Of a stretch of 20,000 nt of DNA, positions 14,100 to 20,000 are shown in pieces. This DNA is from an uncultured virus (IMG/VR IMGVR_UViG_3300015373_000001). Taxonomy: Duplodnaviria; Heunggongvirae; Uroviricota; Caudoviricetes. The translations under genes were made by a program, and so were the position numbers. The stretch is from positions 57,818 to 77,817 of the IMG/VR virus record IMGVR_UViG_3300015373_000001; one strand, 5' to 3'. Positions within the stretch are counted from its first letter, which is position 1, and every line of letters starts with the position of its first letter. The notes under the pieces are model-generated. The model worked only from the letters and a program-made list of their open reading frames with translations. It was not told the origin of the DNA and did not search any database.

Positions 14100-15863
14100 C
14101 TATGACTTCGGTGTGGTGGCCCGCCGCCGGTACTCATCCAGGTAGACGGCGGCGCAGTCCACCAGCGCCTTCTCCTGCATCTTGGCCGGATCATTGGTGC
14201 AGCCGGACGCCGTCGCCTGGGTGGTGGCGTTGACGTTGGTCTGCGTCGTGGGCGGCTGTGTGGCGGCGTCCAGGGTGACGACAGAGGTGGCTGACGCCTG
14301 CCCGTAGGTGACGTCCATGTACAGCTTGGTGACACCGCGCACCTCGCCGAACAGTCGCCACTTCGTCTCCGTCAACGGCGTGAACTCCGTGAGCTTCAAC
14401 CCCGAGGGGACCAGCGTGGAGTAGTCGCGGGAAATGGCCAGGTAGTTGACGGCGTCGGACAGCATGTCGTTGAAGTTGACGGGGTTGTGGTCGGCGCCGA
14501 AGACGTGGATGTCGAGCGGGTTCAGGGTGCCGCTGGTCACCCGGTCGGCCGGGATCATCGTGTAGGCGATGATCGACTGCGACTTTGAGCCGTTCGGCGT
14601 GGCCGGGGTGACGAACCACAGCCGCCGGGTCTTGCGGTCACGCAGAAGGAACTCCGAGGTGTTGCCCGCCTGAACCTCATCGGTGGCAGGCTCGAAACCG
14701 AAGCTGGCAAGGTTCATGTAGCGGCGTCCGGCGGTCCATTCGGTCGCCTCCCGCTGGTCGGTGACGATCGACAGCGGGTAGACCGGGCCGGGGAACTCGC
14801 CCGCCTTGACGTTCGGCTTCCACGTGATGTCGGGGGTTCCGGATGTGGAGCCCTTCAGCACCAGGACACCGGCCGGGACGCGGACCGTCTGCACCTCGAA
14901 CGGTACGGCCTGCTGCACCGGGATGACGATCACCGGGTAGCGGTCGGCAACCGGCGCCTTGGGGTCACCGGCGCAGTAGCCCCACACGTCGCTGCGCTCG
15001 AACAGCAGCTGCGGGTAGTACTCGGTGACGTAGTTCTCCAGGTCGTTCATCCTGTCGCCGTTGAAGGCGCGGTTGAACTTGTAGCCGTCGCGGAACGGGC
15101 ACACCTGGGCGGCCTGCGCCTTGCCGTCCCACTCGGCCACGCCGGAGATCGGCTGGATCCGCTCGGAGCCGTCCAGGATGGTGGTCCACACGCCGGTGTC
15201 GGCGTCCTTGCCGGGCAGGTAGGTGGCCGACTCCTCCATGACGTCCACCCGTTGCACCGTCGAGGCGGCCTTGCCGATCGCCTTGAGGGCGCCGTTGAGG
15301 GAGGCGGTACGGCCCTCCCAGTCGGGCACGAACGGGGTGTCGGACACCTTGATGCACGCCTTGACGTCGTGCACGCCGTATTGGCAGCCGTTGGCCGCCT
15401 TGGTCATCGTGGCGGGCTTGTCGTCGGCCGTCTTGAACAGCGGCGCCGTGGAGGGGGGCGTCTTGGTCGGCAGGTGGTAGACGGTGGCGGAGGAGTAGTA
15501 GCGGCCGTCGTCCTTGTCGTTGTCCCAGAACGCGGCCACCATCGGGGCCAGGCAGACCAGCGCCAGGATAGCGGCGAGCACTCCCACGGAATTGTCCCCG
15601 ACGGAGGGTCGATACTCGCTGGTGAGCATGATGACCGCCGTGCCGATCATGCCGACGATGACGTAGATCCAGGCCAGCGGCGTGTAGGAGCCGACATCGA
15701 ACAGGCCGCCGGGCAGCAGCCACTCCTGGACAGCCAGGGAGAGGGACTGGCGGGCTTCTCCGAGGCCGTGTCCGAAGAGGGCCAGGAATCCGGTGATGAT
15801 GAAGTAGACGGCGGGGATCCACAGCCACCAGACGATGACGCCGACGATACGACCAAGCGACAT
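14100..15863 (-). CDS. Membrane-anchored protein (587 aa), about 3 N-terminal TM segments and a large extracytoplasmic domain
   Basis: Hydrophobic stretches in the first ~110 aa, soluble remainder with paired Cys, AAAGGAG RBS. Confidence 0.85.
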   Translation of the reverse strand: MSLGRIVGVIVWWLWIPAVYFIITGFLALFGHGLGEARQSLSLAVQEWLLPGGLFDVGSYTPLAWIYVIVGMIGTAVIMLTSEYRPSVGDNSVGVLAAILALVCLAPMVAAFWDNDKDDGRYYSSATVYHLPTKTPPSTAPLFKTADDKPATMTKAANGCQYGVHDVKACIKVSDTPFVPDWEGRTASLNGALKAIGKAASTVQRVDVMEESATYLPGKDADTGVWTTILDGSERIQPISGVAEWDGKAQAAQVCPFRDGYKFNRAFNGDRMNDLENYVTEYYPQLLFERSDVWGYCAGDPKAPVADRYPVIVIPVQQAVPFEVQTVRVPAGVLVLKGSTSGTPDITWKPNVKAGEFPGPVYPLSIVTDQREATEWTAGRRYMNLASFGFEPATDEVQAGNTSEFLLRDRKTRRLWFVTPATPNGSKSQSIIAYTMIPADRVTSGTLNPLDIHVFGADHNPVNFNDMLSDAVNYLAISRDYSTLVPSGLKLTEFTPLTETKWRLFGEVRGVTKLYMDVTYGQASATSVVTLDAATQPPTTQTNVNATTQATASGCTNDPAKMQEKALVDCAAVYLDEYRRRATTPKS

Positions 15864-15962
15864 GGCGACTCCTTTCCGATCTTTTCGGGTGTCGGTCCCG
15901 GGCGGGACCGGCTACCGGGGGCGCCACCACGCGGGGTTGGTGACGCGGCCTGGTGGCCGGTA

Positions 15963-16448
15963 CTACTTGCGGGTGGTGCTGGAACGGAAGGTGCCGGTGC
16001 TGCCGGACTTGGGCTGCCGCCGGTCGTCGCCGGACTTGACGCTCCCGCCGTAGCCGGGCTTGGCCTGGTAGGTCGGGGCGATGCCGAGCGTCTTGCGCAC
16101 CGCCTCGTTGTAGGAGCGGGCCGCGCCTTGGGCGCGAGCGCTGCCGCCGTAGCGGGGATCACGAACCGTGGTCAGGACGTTGACGGGGCGGTGCGTTGCG
16201 CCGCCGCGCACGTACCAGCGGTTGCCAGTGCGGTAGGTGGAGCCGCCGTAGTACCAGACTGGCGGATAGTAGACGCCGCCGTAGTACCAGTTGGCATGAT
16301 CCACGCAGTAGTCATCGGGTACGACCTGGACGGAACCGTCGGGGTAGGTCGCCGTGCACTGCTGAAGTACGTAGGTGGGGCTGGAGCCGCAGGCGGTCAG
16401 GGCCGCGATGGCGGTGGCGGCGGCTACTGCCAGGGGGAGGGTTTTCAT
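15963..16448 (-). CDS. Lipoprotein (161 aa), Tyr/Gly-rich with basic tail
   Basis: MKTLPLAVAAATAIAALTAC lipobox, ATG 16448 with GAGAGGA RBS, C...VPDDYC and repeated YGG motifs. Confidence 0.8.
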   Translation of the reverse strand: MKTLPLAVAAATAIAALTACGSSPTYVLQQCTATYPDGSVQVVPDDYCVDHANWYYGGVYYPPVWYYGGSTYRTGNRWYVRGGATHRPVNVLTTVRDPRYGGSARAQGAARSYNEAVRKTLGIAPTYQAKPGYGGSVKSGDDRRQPKSGSTGTFRSSTTRK

Positions 16449-16561
16449 GGCGTTCCTCTCATCAGCGCCGGGGCCGGGAGTGGCCTGGCTACCTGAGGTG
16501 CACTCGCGGGCGGGGATGTGGTTGGGGGCCCGCGAGGGCACGGCCAGGTGGCCAGCTCTAC

Positions 16562-16708
16562 CTATCGGCCGCTCTGGGAGACGCGGATGGCGCGGTGCCG
16601 GACGTTGGTCCGGTTGCCTCGCTGGGCACGCCGGTGGCGGTTGCCGACCGGGGTGTAGCGCGGGTCGGGCTCGATGGTCGGGTACTCGTCGTCCATGTCG
16701 CGGTGCAT
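16562..16708 (-). CDS. Small protein (48 aa, MHRDMDDEYPTIEPDPRYTPVGNRHRRAQRGNRTNVRHRAIRVSQSGR)
   Basis: Manual translation. AGGAG RBS, first gene behind P7. Confidence 0.65.
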   Translation of the reverse strand: MHRDMDDEYPTIEPDPRYTPVGNRHRRAQRGNRTNVRHRAIRVSQSGR

Positions 16709-16736
16709 CTAAGACTCCTGTGGTCAGGGGGCCGGT

Positions 16737-16807
16737 GTCGCTCAACCCGGTGGATCCCCGTCTGTTGTGTTAACTCAGAACGTACAGTCATTTAGCGGCT
16801 AGCGCAA
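16737..16807 (-). promoter_or_regulatory. Repeat promoter element P7: TTGCGC-N17(GCTAAATG)-TACGTT, longer leader, then GAGCGAC
   Basis: GCTAAATGACTGTACGTT is identical to P2. The upstream stop TAG abuts the -35. Confidence 0.8.
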
Positions 16808-17282
16808 GCTCGTTGAGCCGATTCCCTTCAGAACTTCGCCCACCTCGTCAACGACCAGCCGGGGCAGGTCGTTCCGTGCAGGCATCTTCCGCACACGCAG
16901 ACGCCCACCGTCCAGCTCTTCCAGCACGCCACAGCGCACCAGGGACAGCTCCGCGAAGGCGAACCACGCCTCCGCCGCATCGGCGTCGTCCGGGCGCCGC
17001 ATCGGCGTCGTCCGGGCGCTGTACGTCCACGTCAGCGGCGCACGCCGCCACGGCGGCCACGCCGGACGGGAAGACGTCGCCGGGCAGCAGGCCGCGATAC
17101 AGCGGCGCCTCACCGAGCCCAGGCTTGATGCTGGTGCAGCGGATGTGCGGCAGTTCGCCGCCGTGCAGGGCTGCGACGATGAGCTGGCAGCGCCGGTAGC
17201 AGTCCATGTAGTCGCGGCCGGGCTCGCCCACCATGAAGGTGTCCAGGCCGGGCCACGTGACCACGTGCAGGGTGTAGGTCAT
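16799..17282 (-). pseudogene. Hypothetical gene frameshifted by a 22-bp tandem duplication (153 aa if repaired)
   Basis: ORFs 16848..17282 and 16799..17113 both contain RPDDADAA and join in frame when one repeat unit is removed. Confidence 0.75.
16974..17017. repeat. Perfect 22-bp tandem duplication GCCGCATCGGCGTCGTCCGGGC x2
   Basis: Read directly from the sequence (16974-16995 and 16996-17017). Confidence 0.95.
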
Positions 17283-17389
17283 GACTCACCCTCCTGCCGG
17301 GGGTAGGGGCGGCGGCGGCCGGTCGGCACACCGCGCCGGGTCTGGCGCAGACCTTTGCGCCAGACCCGGGCGTTGTCGGCGGGACGCAT
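17279..17389 (-). CDS. Small Arg-rich protein (36 aa, MRPADNARVWRKG...)
   Basis: TGATG overlap upstream and ATGA overlap downstream. Confidence 0.6.
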   Translation of the reverse strand: MRPADNARVWRKGLRQTRRGVPTGRRRPYPRQEGES

Positions 17390-17700
17390 CAGGCGTCCGC
17401 CTGGTTGAGGTAGTGCAGGGGGCAAACGCTGATTGACCAGTAGGTGACCGGCTCGATCCAGATGCCGTCCAGGTTCGCAGCGTGGATGCCGTTGACGCGG
17501 GCCTTGGCGTCGTCGAGGTCGAATCGGATAGACCAGTCGTCCGGGCCTTCCTCCCACACGATCGCCCAGCGGGTGGGGGCCGACTCTAGCCAGTCCCAGT
17601 TCTCGATCAGTTCGGGACTGCGTGTGTCGGTGAGGTAGGCGGGGTGCGTGGCTCGGACGGCGGCGAGGACGGCCTCTGCCTGTTCACGGGTAACAGCCAT
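17389..17700 (-). CDS. Hypothetical protein (103 aa, Trp-rich, WEEGPDDW motif)
   Basis: ORF track. AGAGCGAC box plus AGGAG RBS upstream. Confidence 0.8.
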   Translation of the reverse strand: MAVTREQAEAVLAAVRATHPAYLTDTRSPELIENWDWLESAPTRWAIVWEEGPDDWSIRFDLDDAKARVNGIHAANLDGIWIEPVTYWSISVCPLHYLNQADA

Positions 17701-17778
17701 GATCTTCTCCTAGGTTGTCGCTCTTGCGCGCCCCCGTCGGTCGCGAACCGGCGCCGCCGATGCGGGCGGAGGCTGCGG

Positions 17779-18012
17779 CTACGGCCGCTTGACGTATTCG
17801 CCGGGCGCCACCGTGAAGGTGCTGCCGTCGGCGTACTTCTCGATCCAGCCGAGTGAACCGGTGACGCGCGGGTTGTGCGGGACGCGCCGCTTGATCCATC
17901 GGTCGCAGGTGGTGCAGTGGCTGCGGTCGTTCAGCTTGAGGTTGGTGCACTTCACTTCGACGGTGGACTTCGGGTAGTGGCTGTTCTGGTACTTGGTGCG
18001 GCGGTTGGCCAT
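17779..18012 (-). CDS. Hypothetical protein (77 aa) with C...HCxxC motif
   Basis: ORF track. GGGGAG RBS. Confidence 0.7.
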   Translation of the reverse strand: MANRRTKYQNSHYPKSTVEVKCTNLKLNDRSHCTTCDRWIKRRVPHNPRVTGSLGWIEKYADGSTFTVAPGEYVKRP

Positions 18013-18015
18013 GAC

Positions 18016-18276
18016 TTACTCCCCGCCTTCAAGGTCGGCCTTGAGACCGGTGACCATGACGTACGTGGTGCCGTAGGGGTCCTCGATCACATAACCGGCG
18101 TCGTCGAGTGTCTTGGCGATCTGCGTCGCCGTGTGGACGGCGACCAGAGTTGTGGCGTGGATGGCAAGGACCTTGATCTCCGTGCTGCTCCAACTGACGA
18201 GGACATCTCGCGGCACGGCGTATCCGGCGGCGCGGACGGTTCTGATGATGTCGGCGGTGTCGAACTTGACGGCCAT
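18016..18276 (-). CDS. Hypothetical protein (86 aa, MAVKFDTADII...)
   Basis: ATG 18276 with AGGAG RBS, behind P8. Confidence 0.75.
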   Translation of the reverse strand: MAVKFDTADIIRTVRAAGYAVPRDVLVSWSSTEIKVLAIHATTLVAVHTATQIAKTLDDAGYVIEDPYGTTYVMVTGLKADLEGGE

Positions 18277-18295
18277 TTCGTTTCTCCTGTTGGTT

Positions 18296-18342
18296 GTCGC
18301 TCTCAACACAACCTACTGTACACCCATTTAGCGTTACGTCAA
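18296..18342 (-). promoter_or_regulatory. Repeat promoter element P8: TTGACG-N16(GCTAAATG)-TACAGT...AGAGCGAC
   Basis: Near-consensus promoter with the conserved box and leader motif. Confidence 0.85.
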
Positions 18343-18360
18343 GGTGTGCTGATGGCGGAT

Positions 18361-18720
18361 CTACGCGGCGTTCCGGGCCGCCGCACGCGCCTCCCGCTCC
18401 GCACGCAACCCGACGAACCGGCCATGCCGGAGGGCATTCTGGTTGCCCTTCGGCGCCCCGCCCTTGGCCGGTTCGTAGTTCTTGAACCACTCCCACGCCT
18501 GCTCCACGTTCCACACCCGGCAGGTCGGGCCGTAACCCTGCCGAACCCGGCAAGGCTCCGGCATGCCGGTCCTGTCACGGTGGATGTACCAGCTATTGAC
18601 CTGCTTGTCGGTGATGTAACGGACGCCGCCCTTCGACTCGGCGGAGCGGGCAGTGAACAGGACGGCCAACTCCTTGGCGGAAGCGTCGGGATTGCGGCCG
18701 AGAATCGAGTCGCTCATCAA
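18361..18720 (-). CDS. Putative AlpA/Xis-like winged-HTH DNA-binding protein with GGAPKGNQNALRHG tail
   Basis: KQVNSW...GMPEP...RVWNVEQAWEW pattern. GGAGA RBS. Confidence 0.55.
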   Translation of the reverse strand: MMSDSILGRNPDASAKELAVLFTARSAESKGGVRYITDKQVNSWYIHRDRTGMPEPCRVRQGYGPTCRVWNVEQAWEWFKNYEPAKGGAPKGNQNALRHGRFVGLRAEREARAAARNAA

Positions 18721-18732
18721 GGTTTCTCCGAT

Positions 18733-19353
18733 CTATCCGAAGGCACCCCAGACGCGGTACGGCACACCCATCGTGATGGCGTGCCGCACCGTCGCCGAGG
18801 TGCCAGGGCTGTTGTTGTAGTTCCACGCCATCAGCAGGGAGACGCGGGCGTCCGGGATCGGCGTGTAGTGCTTGCGTTCGCACCTGTTCGGCGGGCCGTC
18901 GTACAGGTAGCCGACCACGTTCGGGTTACGCCAATGCCCGGCCGATGGGCAGTAGTCGGGCAGGTGGCCCCGGCGCGGATGGTCCGGGTAGCCGGGGTTG
19001 GGTCGCCGGTGCGGCGAACCGTCGGCCTTGAACTCTTTGCAGTGCGGGTTGCAGGCGGCCCAGTCGGCGGGCAACCGCTCCTCGATGATCTCGACGTCGG
19101 CGCGATTCGGGATAGCGGGACCCGCCTGGCCCTGCATGTGCGCGACCAGCGCGCTGCGGGGCGAAGATGCCCAGCGGTGCGCGATGGCGTCGGGGCCCTC
19201 GTCGGCGTCGCCGTGCCGCACGTACAGGGTGGAGTTCTCCGGCATGCGCAGCAGGTAGTCCGACAGTTCGTCGGTGACGACCGCATGCCACGCTGGACCC
19301 TGAGGCCATCCGACGGATCCGGCGATGGCCAGCCGCCGCCACGGCCTGCTCAT
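18733..19353 (-). CDS. SLOG-family (DUF2493/YspA-like) protein, 206 aa
   Basis: IAGSVGW, HGDADEGPDAIAHRWA, PADW, AGHWRN and SPGTSATVRHAITMGVP motifs. ATG 19353 overlaps the upstream stop. Confidence 0.75.
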   Translation of the reverse strand: MSRPWRRLAIAGSVGWPQGPAWHAVVTDELSDYLLRMPENSTLYVRHGDADEGPDAIAHRWASSPRSALVAHMQGQAGPAIPNRADVEIIEERLPADWAACNPHCKEFKADGSPHRRPNPGYPDHPRRGHLPDYCPSAGHWRNPNVVGYLYDGPPNRCERKHYTPIPDARVSLLMAWNYNNSPGTSATVRHAITMGVPYRVWGAFG

Positions 19354-20000
19354 GCCGCTTCCCGGCGCTGTGCGGTCGCCTGCGGGCCGCTCGCCGCGCT
19401 GCGCATGTGGCGCCACCACAGTCCGGCGCGGGCCGCCCAGATGACCCAGCGGGGCGCGTAGGCCATGTCGTACAGGGCCATCGCCCACTCCACATCGCCG
19501 CGTGCCGTATGGGCGTCGTAGGCGCCAGGGTCCACACCCAGGGCGCGGGACAGGTCCTTGGAGTACCAGTGTGGCCGGATGCCGAGCCGGGCGGCGGCGG
19601 CGGTCTCAGCGTCGAAGATGTGGTGATGCCACGGCGGTTCGGAGTCGATCAGGCCGTGGCGGCGCAGCAGATCGCCGATACCCAGGTCTTCGAATCCGGG
19701 GACGCAGCCGATCAGGACAGGCTTGGCGTCCATGCCGGTCAGGCCGGATGTCGGCCGGAACATGTAAGCGACGTCTGCGGCCAGTGCCGCCTCCACCGCC
19801 ACCGGGTCGTAGGCGCCGTTGCGTTGCGGGTGCCGCTCGTCGAAGCGGCCGTAGCGGTTCATCAGGGCGAGCTGTTCGGGGTCGTCCAGGTTGAACGGCA
19901 GGTCCTCCAGTCGGACGAACGCCTGCAACCACTCTTCGGAGCCGTCGGGGTTGCGGCGGCATAGGGCGATGTCCCAGATGCGGCGGCCGTCGAGCAGGAA
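19350..20000 (-). CDS. DnaQ-like (DEDDh) 3'-5' exonuclease, 5' end outside the window
   Basis: Frame open from 20000. IWDIAL, IGCVPGFE, PWHHHIFDAET and HTARGDVEW (ExoIII HxxxxD) motifs. Confidence 0.75.
   Translation of the reverse strand, partial: FLLDGRRIWDIALCRRNPDGSEEWLQAFVRLEDLPFNLDDPEQLALMNRYGRFDERHPQRNGAYDPVAVEAALAADVAYMFRPTSGLTGMDAKPVLIGCVPGFEDLGIGDLLRRHGLIDSEPPWHHHIFDAETAAAARLGIRPHWYSKDLSRALGVDPGAYDAHTARGDVEWAMALYDMAYAPRWVIWAARAGLWWRHMRSAASGPQATAQRREAA

Noticed and set aside
828..18342. Dispersed repeats as a CRISPR array or integron attC sites
   Set aside because: Spacing is irregular (0.4-6 kb), the copies are degenerate and non-palindromic, and no cas or integrase gene is visible.
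18709..18715. Additional GAGCGAC match
   Set aside because: Lies within the first codons of a CDS (ATG AGC GAC), not upstream of an RBS, so likely coincidental.
17875..19461. Long + strand ORFs (528 aa here; also 1911..2966, 12317..13237, 15252..16496)
   Set aside because: Antisense shadows of GC3-rich minus-strand genes, with biased composition and no motifs.

Overview
High-GC, actinobacterial-type phage or prophage segment. Essentially all real genes are on the minus strand, many joined by ATGA/GTGA/TGATG overlaps. Recognisable genes are a 7-deazaguanine DNA-modification cluster (parB-like, dpdA/TGT-like, queC, queD, queE, folE), a terminase small subunit-like HTH gene, a DEDDh exonuclease, a SLOG/DUF2493-like protein, a wHTH protein, an RNAP alpha-CTD-like protein, a lipoprotein plus membrane protein pair, DUF2958-like and LPD29-like proteins, and a possible ADP-ribosyltransferase. 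The most striking unexplained structure is a dispersed ~50-bp composite element in 8 copies (-35 hexamer, GCTAAATG box in the spacer, TANNNT -10, (A)GAGCGAC leader box, RBS). Each copy heads a cassette of small accessory genes. One cassette splits the que cluster, and three -35 hexamers contain the stop codon of the upstream gene. One gene is frameshifted by a 22-bp tandem duplication. All family assignments come from motif recognition by eye, not database searches.
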